A stretch of DNA of 64,000 nt. It comes from an uncultured Candidatus Binatia bacterium. Its GTDB lineage: Bacteria; Desulfobacterota; Binatia; UBA9968; JAJDTQ01. Where the stretch lies: NCBI GenBank assembly GCA_965215605.1, contig OZ244070.1, forward strand, positions 3,360,001-3,424,000, given 5' to 3'. The first letter of the stretch is position 1; the number at the start of each line of letters is the position of its first letter. The notes beneath the pieces were generated by a model, which worked only from the letters and a program-made list of their open reading frames with translations, did not search any database and had not been told where the DNA came from. Positions 41,447-51,039 of the stretch are shown piece after piece. The position numbers were made by a program, and so were the translations under genes.

Positions 41447-43207
41447 ATGGGAAAGAATCCCGAGACGATCCGGCGCCTGATGCGCGCCAGCCTGGGCGAG
41501 GACAAGGCCGACCTGGTGGTAACCGGCGGGCGCCTGATCAACGTCTACACCGGCGAGGTGCTCGACGGCATGGAGCTGGCCGTGAGCCAGGGGCGGATCT
41601 GTTACGTAGGTCCCGGCGCCGATCACACCCGCGGCGACGAGACCCGGGTCATCGACGCCCGAGGCCGGTGGATCGCCCCCGGATTCATCGACGCCCATAC
41701 CCACATCGGTCATTTCTGCCGCCCCTTCGAGCTGTTGCAGGCCTACGTGTCCCGCGGAACCACCGCGCTCATGGCCTCCTGCGACGAACATACCGTGGCC
41801 TTCGGCCTCACCGGCATGCAACTCTTCCTGGACGAGGTGGCGTCCCATCCGCTCCGGGTCCATACCCTGATCTCCATGGCGGCGCCCCAGGATCCGTTGT
41901 TGTGCCGCACCGAAACCCTGTCGGACCAGGAGGTAGCCGACGCCCTCCGCGACCCCCGGGTGCTGGGGCTCGGCGAGGTGGTTTCATGGCTGCGGCTGGT
42001 GCAGGGGGACCCGGACCTGCTGGCGCGCATCGATCTGGCCCTGGCCCAGGGCAAGATCGTTCACGGACACACCGCCGGCGCCGGCGACCGCCGTCTCAAC
42101 GCCGTCGCCGCCGCCTCCGTGTCGTCGTGTCACGAGCCCATCAGCGGCGACGATGCGCTGGTGCGCCTGCGGCTCGGCTACTGGACCATGCTGCGGGAGG
42201 GCTCCTTCCGGCAGGACCTCGAAGCCACCCTCAAACCGCTCCTGGCTGCCGGTGTCGACACCGGCCGGGTGATCCTGGTGACCGACGGCATGAGCCCCGA
42301 CGACGTGGCCGCACACGGCCACATGGACCACGTGATCCGGCGGGCGGTGGAATACGGGCTGAGCCCGGTGCGGGCCATCCAGGCCGCTACGCTGCACCCG
42401 GCGACGTACTCGGGCCTCGAACAGGACATCGGCGGCCTGGCGCCCGGACGTTTCGCCGACTTCGTGCTGCTGGACGACCTTGAGAATGTGCGAGTGGGGG
42501 CGACGTACATCGCCGGCGAGCGGGCGGCCGAGGACGGCGAGTCGAGGGTGGCTGCCGTTCCGCCGCCCTTTCCGGACGGCATGGGCCTCAAGATCGCCCT
42601 CCGCCTGCCGGTGACGGCCGAGGACATGAGAATACGCTGTGACACCCCCCACGCCCGTGTCCGGGTGATGGACCTCGTGAACCAGACCATCACCCGCGAA
42701 CGGATCGTGGAGGTGGCTTGCGCCGGCGGGGTCATTCCGGCGGACGTGGAGAACGACCTCCTCAAGGTGGCGGTGTTCGACCGCCGGGAAGGTTTCAGCC
42801 CCGCCTTCGGCTTCATCCGGGGGCTGGGAGCGGACATCGGCGCGGTGGGCACCACCGTCAATCTCGACGAGTACACGCTCCTGGTGGCCGGCTCCAGCGA
42901 CTACGACATGGCCTACTGCGCCAATCTCCTGCTGGAGTCCGGCGGCGGCGCCGCCCTGGTGGACAAGGGCCGGGTGCTCGAAGAAATCCCGTTTCCCATC
43001 GGCGGCCTTTTCTCCCTGGAACCCTGGCGCGACGTGGGCGAGAAGCTCGCCGCCGTGCAGCAAGTCCTGAAACAGCGCGGCAGCGCTTTTGCCAAGCCGC
43101 TCTACGCTCTCTGCTTCCTGACCTTCGTCACCCTCCCGGAGCTCCGCATCACCGGCCGCGGCCTGGTGCGCGCCAAGGAACGGACCCTCGTCTCCCTGCT
43201 CGCCTAG
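41447..43207 (+). CDS. Adenine deaminase family amidohydrolase
   Basis: PGFIDAHTH, GLGEV, HGH, CHE and LAPGRFADF motifs; C-terminal adenine-deaminase-like domain. Confidence 0.8.
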   Translation: MGKNPETIRRLMRASLGEDKADLVVTGGRLINVYTGEVLDGMELAVSQGRICYVGPGADHTRGDETRVIDARGRWIAPGFIDAHTHIGHFCRPFELLQAYVSRGTTALMASCDEHTVAFGLTGMQLFLDEVASHPLRVHTLISMAAPQDPLLCRTETLSDQEVADALRDPRVLGLGEVVSWLRLVQGDPDLLARIDLALAQGKIVHGHTAGAGDRRLNAVAAASVSSCHEPISGDDALVRLRLGYWTMLREGSFRQDLEATLKPLLAAGVDTGRVILVTDGMSPDDVAAHGHMDHVIRRAVEYGLSPVRAIQAATLHPATYSGLEQDIGGLAPGRFADFVLLDDLENVRVGATYIAGERAAEDGESRVAAVPPPFPDGMGLKIALRLPVTAEDMRIRCDTPHARVRVMDLVNQTITRERIVEVACAGGVIPADVENDLLKVAVFDRREGFSPAFGFIRGLGADIGAVGTTVNLDEYTLLVAGSSDYDMAYCANLLLESGGGAALVDKGRVLEEIPFPIGGLFSLEPWRDVGEKLAAVQQVLKQRGSAFAKPLYALCFLTFVTLPELRITGRGLVRAKERTLVSLLA

Positions 43208-43234
43208 CCCTGGCGTTCCGCAACACTCGGACGG

Positions 43235-45193
43235 TCACCTGGGCAGCTCGAAGTTTCCCCGAACGCCGGCGAAGAAGCCTATGCCGGTGGTACGGTATTC
43301 CCGCAACTCGAAAGAACGAAGTTCATAGTAGTCCTTGTCGAAAAGGTTCTCGATCCGTCCGAAGAACTCGATGGCCTTGGTGACGCTGTACTTGCCGGCC
43401 ACATTCACGAGGACATAGGACGGCACCTTGGGGTGATGGTGCTGGTCCACCTGCTTGCCGTTGTAGTCGATGCCAAGGTCGACGGCGGCCCGGCCGTCGA
43501 GAAGGTCGTAACCGGCGTTGGCGCTGGCAATATGCTTGGCCCGCCGTCTGAGAGGCCGGCCTTGTGTGTCCTTTGCGTCGGTGTAGGTGTACTGGGCGGA
43601 CAGGTTCATTCCCTCTGCCGGCTTGGCCTTGACGCTGAATTCCCAGCCGCGAATTCTGGAGGTGCCCGCCAGGTTGTCGTAGAAGTCGTCGTTGAAGTCG
43701 GTGGTGCCGGCGTTATTCCAGTAGATCAGGTCCGTCGGCCGGCTGTCGAAGTACGTCAGATCCGTCGAGAGGCGACCTTCGAGGAGATCTTGCCCGACCC
43801 CGACATCCCAACCCTTGCTTTTCTCCGGCTGCACGTCGGGGTTCGGGCCGAGGCGGCCGAACCGTTGGAAGGAGTGCGACAGGGTGGGGTTCTTGACCCC
43901 GGTGCCGTAGCTGCCGTGTAGTCGCGTCCCGGTTTCGGCATGCAGGTACGCGGCCGTCAGCCGGTAGGTGGAGGTGTTCTTGAAGCGCTCGTTGTCATCG
44001 TAGCGAACCCCGCCGGACAAGAAGAGCCGGTCCGCGAACCCCACCTGGTACTCGCCCGAATGGCTCTGGTTCGTAAAGCTGGGTCTGGTGTCGCCGGTGA
44101 CGTGGGAATCCTTCTCGCGCTCGGTCAGGAAAGTCACGGCGTGGGTCGCGTCGACCCCGGCTGACGTTTCAAAGGAGACGTTGGTCTCGTAGTCGACACC
44201 CAACCTCCGGCCGTCGAACCTGTTGTGTCTGTCGGTGCTGTCGTCGAAGAAGTCCCGCTTCATCCGGACGGTGGTCGCCCCCGCCGCATGACTCCATGCG
44301 CCGTCGAACAGGTTGTACTTCAGTTGGGTCCGGCCGGTCCATCGGTCCCCGTCCGTCTCGTCGCCGTCGTCGGGTGTGGCCCCCCTGGAACTGCTTTGAC
44401 CGTCCGTTTCCAGGTTGGTTCTCACGTAGCGGCCGGATAGTTCCAACTCCAGGTCTTCCATCAATTCGAAGCCGAATCGGGCGTTGTAGGTTTGGTTCCG
44501 ATACCCGTCCTTCTCCGGTCCCGGGGCAATCGAAATTCCGGAAGTCCTGTAACCCGTGGCGCTCAGGGAGAAATGGTAGCCTTCGCCCCCGCCTCGGAAG
44601 CCGGTCATGACGTTGGCTGTTCCGAATGATCCACCTTCCACGCCAAGGCTCGCGGTTGCGGGGCCGCGGCCCTTCCGGGTGATGATGTTGATCACCCCGC
44701 CAATGGCGTCGCTGCCGTAGAGTCCGCTCTGCGGTCCGCGCAGGACTTCGATCCGTTCGACATTCGAGGTCAGCAGATGGCCGAAATTGTACGTGGCATT
44801 ACTGTCAGAGGGATCGTTCACCTTGACTCCGTCGATGATCACGAGGGTGTGTCCCGGCTCGCCGCCGCGTATCCGCACCGCGGTCTGGGTACCCAAGGGA
44901 CCCGACCGGTGCACCGCCACCCCCGGCACCTCCCGGAGCAGGTCGGAAACGACACGGGCCTGCTTGCGCTCGATCTCCTCGGCGGTGATGACCGTGACCG
45001 CGCTGCCCACGGCCTTGGCCTCCAGGGGCACCCGGCTCGCGGACACCACGATCTCCGGGAGCTGTTGGACTTCTTCGCCGGCCACCGGCCCCGGCGGCGT
45101 CTGCCTCGTGTCGTCCGTCTGGGCGCGGACGGTACCGGGCTGTAGGGTCAGCAGCACGAAAAGGGTGACGGCACCCGTAGTGAGGGACTTCAT
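43235..45193 (-). CDS. btuB: TonB-dependent cobalamin receptor
   Basis: Signal peptide, TonB box EIVVSA, plug motif RIEVLRGPQS.LYG and ENLFDK.Y; preceded by a cobalamin riboswitch. Confidence 0.88.
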   Translation of the reverse strand: MKSLTTGAVTLFVLLTLQPGTVRAQTDDTRQTPPGPVAGEEVQQLPEIVVSASRVPLEAKAVGSAVTVITAEEIERKQARVVSDLLREVPGVAVHRSGPLGTQTAVRIRGGEPGHTLVIIDGVKVNDPSDSNATYNFGHLLTSNVERIEVLRGPQSGLYGSDAIGGVINIITRKGRGPATASLGVEGGSFGTANVMTGFRGGGEGYHFSLSATGYRTSGISIAPGPEKDGYRNQTYNARFGFELMEDLELELSGRYVRTNLETDGQSSSRGATPDDGDETDGDRWTGRTQLKYNLFDGAWSHAAGATTVRMKRDFFDDSTDRHNRFDGRRLGVDYETNVSFETSAGVDATHAVTFLTEREKDSHVTGDTRPSFTNQSHSGEYQVGFADRLFLSGGVRYDDNERFKNTSTYRLTAAYLHAETGTRLHGSYGTGVKNPTLSHSFQRFGRLGPNPDVQPEKSKGWDVGVGQDLLEGRLSTDLTYFDSRPTDLIYWNNAGTTDFNDDFYDNLAGTSRIRGWEFSVKAKPAEGMNLSAQYTYTDAKDTQGRPLRRRAKHIASANAGYDLLDGRAAVDLGIDYNGKQVDQHHHPKVPSYVLVNVAGKYSVTKAIEFFGRIENLFDKDYYELRSFELREYRTTGIGFFAGVRGNFELPR

Positions 45194-45230
45194 GGCAATC
45201 TTCCTTTCCCGCGAAGGCGGATTGTGGATG

Positions 45231-45403
45231 GAAGACGGACAGGTCTCCTGGCTTGGGCATTCTGGCAGTCCGTGCCGGCTGCCGGCCTACACACCGCGCC
45301 TTCCCACCCGCCGGACGGGCAGTGGCTTGAGTTGCGGTTTTCGTAGCCGTTACAGTTGCGGGGCAGCAGGGGATTCACACCCCTTTCCCTGGCGTCCGTC
45401 TTC
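45231..45403 (-). ncRNA. Cobalamin riboswitch upstream of btuB
   Basis: AGGGAA..GCTGCCCCCGCAACTGT..GCCACTG..GGGAAGG..AGCCAGGAGACCTG, closed by P1 GAAGACGGAC/GTCCGTCTTC. Confidence 0.88.
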
Positions 45404-45445
45404 AGGCCGTTAAACTTGGTGACTCAGGATCGGTTCACTCGTGAT

Positions 45446-46299
45446 CTATCGCTTGTCCTCCTTCAGCTTGAACGCCACCGGGATCCGCACCCAGCTCGGT
45501 ACGGCGTCGCGGCCGCGACGCGCGGGATGGAACCGCCAGCGTTGGACTGCCTCCACGGCCGCGGCGTCGAGGATGTCGAAGCCCGAGGTCCGGTCCACGG
45601 CGACTCGCTCCGGGGCGCCCTTGGGGTCCACCCGTACCTTGAGCACCGTGGTGCCCTCCCATCCGGCCCGGCGCGCCTTTCCGGGATATCGGGGTCGCAC
45701 GGTCCGCGCATAGCGGGCCGGGCTGAAGCCGGCTCCGGGCTCGACGCCGCGACCGGGGACTGTCTTCTTCGCGAGGGCGCGGGGGAGAGGCGCTTTCGTC
45801 GCCGCAGTCTCGCCAGGCGGTTTCCGCGCCGGAGCGGCGCGGCCGCCGTTCTCGGCGGACTTTGCCGCCGTTGCCGGCGCCGGAGATCGCTCCGGTCCGG
45901 TCCGGTCCGGTTTCGAAGGCATCTTCGCGGCCGGTTGCGTCCGGGCGGGCATCGTGTCGATTCGTTTCGGCGTCGTGGGTGCCGCCTTGACGACCCGGGT
46001 CCCGGACCGGCCCGGCGCCCGCGGCCGTTTGGGCTTCGGAGGCGTTTGCGTCGCCTTGGCCGGCGCGGCCGTTCTGGGCGTTGCGAAGTGCACGGGTTGT
46101 CGGGAGACCTGCTTCGGAGCCTCGGACCGGGGCGCGTCCACGAGTTCGACCCGCACCGGTTGGAGGGTATCCTCCCCCGCGGTTCCGGCGTTCATGGGCA
46201 GAGGCGCCCATATCAGCGCGCCGTGGAACAGCGTCGAGCCCAACAGGCAGTAGAAAAAACGGCGGATGGCGAGACCCTCTCTCTCTCCTCGGAGAGCAT
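45446..46299 (-). pseudogene. tonB: TonB energy transducer, apparently frameshifted at a (GA)5 tract near its start
   Basis: TM anchor with SxxxH, Pro/Lys-rich linker and TonB-C domain (PRYP..ARRAGWEG..LDAAA). The best ATG (46299) is 2 nt out of frame. Confidence 0.65.
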
Positions 46300-46310
46300 G
46301 GTTGCTTTCC

Positions 46311-46479
46311 GTCTTCAGGTAGGTCTCCTGGCTCGTGGGCTGGTCGTTTCGACCGCCTTGCCGCCTTCCCATTCCCGGGCGGGGAACAGTGGCACGCTGG
46401 CAAGGGTTCCCACTTACAGTGGCGGGACCGCACCGGATTTCAACCGGTTTCCCTGTTATCCCGTAAGGGACCTGAAGAC
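46311..46479 (-). ncRNA. Cobalamin riboswitch upstream of tonB
   Basis: AGGT..AACAGGGAAACCGGTTGAAATCCGGTGCGGTCCCGCCACTGT..GCCACTG..GGGAAGG..AGCCAGGAGACCT, with P1 GTCTTCAGG/CCTGAAGAC. Confidence 0.92.
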
Positions 46480-46576
46480 CGCGCGGCCGAGAGGCCGCTC
46501 GTCGAAACGATACTTAGCCGTGCGGGGAGGCCTTGTCAAGGCGGCGGCAAGGCTCCCCGTGGCGAGGGACATCGGC

Positions 46577-47515
46577 TCACAGCGCCGATTGGATGTCCTC
46601 GATGTAGTCCTTGAAACCGTCTTCCACGCTGTACTCCGGCTCCCAGCCGAGGAGTTCCCTGGCCCGGGTGGTGACCATGGGCTGTTTCGAGGATCGCGGC
46701 GGCTTGCCGGGGATGATCTCCACCTCCAGCTTCGGCAACAACCCCTGCACCATGTCCACCAGGTCGTCGAACTTGATGACCACGCCGGTGCCGATGTTGA
46801 AGGTGGTCTTCGCGGGAGCCGGAATGGTCGCCGCCAGCTCGATGGCCCGGCCCACGTCCTTGAAGTAGACGTACTCGAAATCCCGGGTGGATTCCTGCGG
46901 GATGTTGGCCACGCCGCCCTTGATGCCGGCCTCCACCAGGCTCTGGAGCATTTCGCCGCCGGCGGAGCCGCCCGCGAAATGGCCGAAGCCGAACACGTTG
47001 GCCAGCCGCAGCACGATGAGCTCGAACCCGTAGAGGCGCTGGTAGCACTCCACCATGAGCTCCTTGGCGACCTTGGAGTTGCCGTAGGCGTTGCCGTCGC
47101 CCCGGGAGAACCCTTCGTCGATGGGGTCGTCGCCTTCCATGCGGCGGTTGTACACGCCCATGGTGCTGATCTGGATCAGCCGCCTGACGCCGGCGAGACG
47201 CACGGCCTCGGCCACGTTGACCGTGCCCATGACGTTGATCTGAAGCCCGCTGTAGACGGGGTTGGCCACCGCGCCGCCGATGAGGCCGGCGGTGTGCAGC
47301 ACGGTTTCCACCTTGTGGGTCTGCATGGCGTCGATCAGCGCCGGCAGGTCCCGGATGTCCCGCTTGAGGACAGTGACGTCGGCGTTCCCCAGCTTCCGTT
47401 CCAGGAAGTCCATCCTGGGCGCCATGTCGAAGAACACGATCTTTTCGCCCCGCTGGAGGGCGCGTTGCGCGAAGGCGGTGCCCACCAAGCCGACGCCGGT
47501 AATCAAAGTGCTCAT
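46577..47515 (-). CDS. NAD-dependent epimerase/dehydratase (extended SDR)
   Basis: ITGVGLVG, HTAG and YGNSK motifs. Confidence 0.85.
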   Translation of the reverse strand: MSTLITGVGLVGTAFAQRALQRGEKIVFFDMAPRMDFLERKLGNADVTVLKRDIRDLPALIDAMQTHKVETVLHTAGLIGGAVANPVYSGLQINVMGTVNVAEAVRLAGVRRLIQISTMGVYNRRMEGDDPIDEGFSRGDGNAYGNSKVAKELMVECYQRLYGFELIVLRLANVFGFGHFAGGSAGGEMLQSLVEAGIKGGVANIPQESTRDFEYVYFKDVGRAIELAATIPAPAKTTFNIGTGVVIKFDDLVDMVQGLLPKLEVEIIPGKPPRSSKQPMVTTRARELLGWEPEYSVEDGFKDYIEDIQSAL

Positions 47516-47586
47516 CACGACTCCCTTCTGGTGCGGTTTTCTTCCATGTACGTGCACCCCCGCGGGGTGTCAAGGCGTGTCCGTCG

Positions 47587-48360
47587 TCATGCCGGCCCGG
47601 CGATGGTTATGTTCCAGTCGCCGTCGATGCGCCGCACCGCGGCCCGTACACCATAGACCTCGGCCATGCGTTCCGCGGTCAGCGTTTCCGCCGCCGTCCC
47701 GTCCGCAACGATGCGCCCCCCGTGGATCCACGCCAGCCGGTCGGCGAAGCGCGCGGCCAGGGCGGCCTCGTGCAGCACCACCAACGCGGCGTTGCCGGCG
47801 TCGGCGTAGCCGCGGATCAGGCTCATGACCTGATGTTGGTGGAGCGGGTCCAGGGCTTCCGTGGGCTCGTCGGCGAGCAGGATCGGCGCTTCCGCGGCCA
47901 GGGCCCGCGCCACGTGGGCACGGCACAGCTCGCCCCCCGACAGCGTGTCGCACGGGCGGTCCGCGAGGGCCCGGAGGTCACAGGCGGAAAGCGCCCGTTC
48001 CACCGCGGCGGCGTGTTTGCCCCGCAGCCGTCCGGACGGGACGCCATGGGCGAACCGCCCGAGGGCCACCACGTCCCGCACCCTCACCGGCCACGCCAGC
48101 GGCCGGGACTGCGGCAGGTAGGCGATGCGCCTGGCCCGCTCGGCCGCGGGCAGGCGGGCCGGGTCGTCATCTCCCGCGCGCACCTTGCCCCGGCCGCGAT
48201 CAACCAGGCCCAGGACGGACCGAAGCAGCATGGTCTTGCCCGCGCCGTTGGGGCCGAGCAGGACCACCAACTCACCCGGATGCACCCGTACCGACGCGCC
48301 GCGCAGCACCTCGTGCCGCCCCAGCGTCACATCGACGTCCTGCACCGAGAGCTCAGCCAC
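47587..48360 (-). CDS. btuD: Cobalamin/iron ABC transporter ATPase
   Basis: GPNGAGKT, LSGGE and LADEPT motifs; GTG start overlapping the permease. Confidence 0.85.
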   Translation of the reverse strand: MAELSVQDVDVTLGRHEVLRGASVRVHPGELVVLLGPNGAGKTMLLRSVLGLVDRGRGKVRAGDDDPARLPAAERARRIAYLPQSRPLAWPVRVRDVVALGRFAHGVPSGRLRGKHAAAVERALSACDLRALADRPCDTLSGGELCRAHVARALAAEAPILLADEPTEALDPLHQHQVMSLIRGYADAGNAALVVLHEAALAARFADRLAWIHGGRIVADGTAAETLTAERMAEVYGVRAAVRRIDGDWNITIAGPA

Positions 48361-49342
48361 TGCCCGTCCGCCTCCTCGCGGCGATCCACACGAAGACCGG
48401 CGCCCCCAGCAACGCCGCCACCACCCCGAGCTTGAGCTCCGTGTCGGTGGGCGCAACCCGTACGCCGATATCCGCCAGCACCAGCAGCAGTCCCGCCAGC
48501 AAGGCCGACGGCGCCAGCGTGCGGGCGGGATCGTGGTCCACCAGCGGCCGTACCAGGTGCGGCGCGACGATGCCGACGAAGCCGATGGCGCCGGCAACGG
48601 CCACCGCCGCGCCGGTGGCCAAGCCCGCGCCCAACACCACCAGCCGCCGGATCCGGGGCAGGTCCACCCCCACGGCCGCCGCCCCCTCCTCGCCCAGGGT
48701 CAGGGCCGAGAGGCCGCGCCGTCCGGCGAAGAGAATGGCCAGACCGGCCAGCAGGAACGGCGCCGCCGGCACGAGGTCGTCGAAGCTCCGGTTGGCCACG
48801 GTTCCCAGCATCCAGTTCAGCATGTCGGAAAGGGAGAACGGATGGGGCGCCAGATTCATCAACAACGCCATCAGCGCCCCCGCGAAACTGGAAAGCCCGA
48901 TTCCCACCAGGATCAGCGTCACCACCGAGCCCACGCGCGCGGCCGCCACGGTCAGAAGGCCGGTGGCCGCCAGGGCGCCGGCAATGGCGGCCAGGGGCAA
49001 AGCGAAGGCCTGGGCGTTGGCGAGTCCGTAGTAGATGACGAAGGTGGCGCCGAGGGCGGCGGTGGCGGATACGCCCAGAACCCCCGGCTCGGCCAAGGGG
49101 TTCCGCAGGAGTCCCTGCAACGCCGCGCCCGATGTCCCCAGCGCCGCGCCCACCACCAGCGCCGCCACCGCCCGCGGCAGCCGGATCTCCCACACCACCA
49201 CGCGGTCGCCGGCCGATGCCCCTCCCGTCAGGGCGGACAGAACCCGGTCGAGGCCCAGCGGGGTGGAGCCCACCAGGCACGCCGCGGCCAGCGCCGCCAG
49301 CACGGCCGCCGCCAGCGTGATGAGAACGCCGCGGTCAGTCAC
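48353..49342 (-). CDS. btuC: Cobalamin/iron ABC permease (FecCD family)
   Basis: RLPRA, RNPLAEP and GAIGFVGI.APH motifs. Confidence 0.88.
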   Translation of the reverse strand: MTDRGVLITLAAAVLAALAAACLVGSTPLGLDRVLSALTGGASAGDRVVVWEIRLPRAVAALVVGAALGTSGAALQGLLRNPLAEPGVLGVSATAALGATFVIYYGLANAQAFALPLAAIAGALAATGLLTVAAARVGSVVTLILVGIGLSSFAGALMALLMNLAPHPFSLSDMLNWMLGTVANRSFDDLVPAAPFLLAGLAILFAGRRGLSALTLGEEGAAAVGVDLPRIRRLVVLGAGLATGAAVAVAGAIGFVGIVAPHLVRPLVDHDPARTLAPSALLAGLLLVLADIGVRVAPTDTELKLGVVAALLGAPVFVWIAARRRTGSG

Positions 49343-50285
49343 GGCCCGGTCCGCGCGACGGCGATTCCCGGAGCGAGGGCGCTCTTCCCTCGCCGCCGGC
49401 CGCGGACCCCGGTGCCGGGGTGTCCGGGCGGAGGGCGGCCAAGGCCTCTACCGCGTCGGCCACGAACCAGCCGCCGCACGACGTGGTGGCGCCGTCCAGA
49501 AGCGCCACCGGGACCGACGCCATGGCCCGCCGGGCCACCGGATGCCGGAACGGAGTCCATGCGTCGTCATGGTTGGTGCCCTCTCCGAAGGTGGCCTTGG
49601 CCACCAGGTCCGGAGTCTCGTAGGCCAGACGTTCGAGCGGAATCGGCCGCCAGCCGCGCCGGGCCTGGAAATTGTCGAGGCCGGCGGCCGCCAGCAGGTC
49701 ATGCACGAGGGTGCCCGGTCCGGCGGTATAACCCGCCGGCGTCACGTAGAACGCCCTCGTGCCGGAAGCGTGGAGCCGTGCCTCGCGGAGCCGTGCGTCC
49801 ATCTCCGCGATCAGCGCTTCGCCCCGTTCCGGCACGCCGAGCCCCCGGGCGGCGTGCCGGATCACCGAACGTGCGCCGTCGATGTCGTCGGCGAACCCGA
49901 TCTGCAGCACCGGTACGCCGGCCCGCTCGAAGAAACCCCGGGCGTTGGGGCCGCCGCCGTAGGAACGCACCACCAGGTCCGGCTCGAGCAGCAGGACGTC
50001 TTCCGCCCGCGGCCGGACGGTTGGCAACCCGGCCGCGGCGGCGCGCATGTACGAGAACTCGGCGCCGGCGTCCGGCGACACCGCCAGGATGTCACGGCGG
50101 TGGGCAAGCCCGAGCACGTACTGGTCCGCGCAGTAGTCCAGGCTGACGACGCGGCGGGCCGTGGAGCGGCTAGAAGGAGGCTCTGTGCATGCAGCGAGGA
50201 AAGCGCATACGGTCAGCGCCAGCGCGACCGGTTTCGCCACCAAGGCCAAAGTCCCTCGGAGCCGTCGGATCTGGCACGGCCTCAA
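49335..50285 (-). CDS. btuF: Cobalamin ABC substrate-binding lipoprotein (start uncertain)
   Basis: Lipobox FLAAC, RVVSLDYCADQ and EPDLV motifs; operon context. Confidence 0.8.
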   Translation of the reverse strand: MRPCQIRRLRGTLALVAKPVALALTVCAFLAACTEPPSSRSTARRVVSLDYCADQYVLGLAHRRDILAVSPDAGAEFSYMRAAAAGLPTVRPRAEDVLLLEPDLVVRSYGGGPNARGFFERAGVPVLQIGFADDIDGARSVIRHAARGLGVPERGEALIAEMDARLREARLHASGTRAFYVTPAGYTAGPGTLVHDLLAAAGLDNFQARRGWRPIPLERLAYETPDLVAKATFGEGTNHDDAWTPFRHPVARRAMASVPVALLDGATTSCGGWFVADAVEALAALRPDTPAPGSAAGGEGRAPSLRESPSRGPGRD

Positions 50286-50405
50286 TTCTTCCCCTTTTCG
50301 CTACGCTTGATTTTCTTCGGCCAGTGCCGAAAGGACGATTCTGTAGGGGTGGAACCTACGCCGGGCGGTGGCTGTCGTCAAGAGACCGGAAAGGCTTGAT
50401 TGTAC

Positions 50406-50421
50406 GTATCCCATGGGATAC
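50406..50421. promoter_or_regulatory. Perfect 16-bp palindrome, probable TA operator
   Basis: GTATCCCATGGGATAC immediately upstream of the toxin relic and antitoxin. Confidence 0.6.
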
Positions 50422-50433
50422 AGAAGGGGGGAC

Positions 50434-50513
50434 TTGGTGGTTGTGGTACGTCAGACCGACGAGTTCACCACATCGCCAGAGCCCGTGCTTTGGCACGGAG
50501 CCTTGGGAGGTAG
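50434..50513 (+). pseudogene. Internally deleted RelE/HigB-type addiction toxin
   Basis: N-terminus VVVVRQTDEFT is joined out of frame to a typical toxin C-terminus IARARALARSLGR-stop, just before the antitoxin RBS. Confidence 0.65.
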
Positions 50514-50523
50514 GGAGGCCACC

Positions 50524-50823
50524 ATGATCGATACTCAACCATGGGATGCGGCGGACTACCTTGAAGAAGAGGAAGATATCGTTGCTTACCTCGAAGCGGC
50601 GTTTGAGGACGGCGACCCACAACTCATCGCCGCCGCGCTTGGTGACATCGCGAGGTCTCGGGGTATGACGAAAGTCGCGTCGAAGGCTGGCTTGGGCCGC
50701 GAGAGCCTCTACAAGGCATTGTCGCCCGACGGCAACCCCGCCTTGGCTACGGTGCTCAAGGTAATGCAGGCCCTCGGCCTTCGCCTTCGCGTGACGAGCC
50801 CGGGTGCGGAGCCCCGGCGATAA
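50524..50823 (+). CDS. HTH addiction-module antitoxin (HigA-like)
   Basis: WDAADYL, ALGDIARSRGM and GLGRESLYKALS..GNP motifs. Confidence 0.9.
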   Translation: MIDTQPWDAADYLEEEEDIVAYLEAAFEDGDPQLIAAALGDIARSRGMTKVASKAGLGRESLYKALSPDGNPALATVLKVMQALGLRLRVTSPGAEPRR

Positions 50824-50906
50824 CAGCAGGTCAGCCTGCGGATTTGTTGCGCCTTTAAACATCAGGTAGACTCGCCCCACCGCATCACCCGGGGAGGAAA
50901 CCTGAA

Positions 50907-50990
50907 ATGATCATCCCGACCGAACCCATCGGCAGCATCCCTCGCCCCGGCTATCCCGCGGATTATCTGGGCACCGACGGGCTCGGCTGA
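50907..50990 (+). pseudogene. Relic of a cobalamin-independent methionine synthase (catalytic-domain type)
   Basis: RBS GGAGG then MIIPTEPIGSIPRP, matching the conserved N-terminal T..GS.PRP motif; stops after 27 aa. Confidence 0.6.
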
Positions 50991-51039
50991 TGCTCCCCGC
51001 ACCGTTGCCGCCGGCCCCGCGCGGACGCGCCGGCTTCGC

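Noticed and set aside
46300-46372. ORF-track N-terminal extension of TonB, and ORF 45190-45378
   Set aside because: Both lie inside cobalamin riboswitch aptamers.
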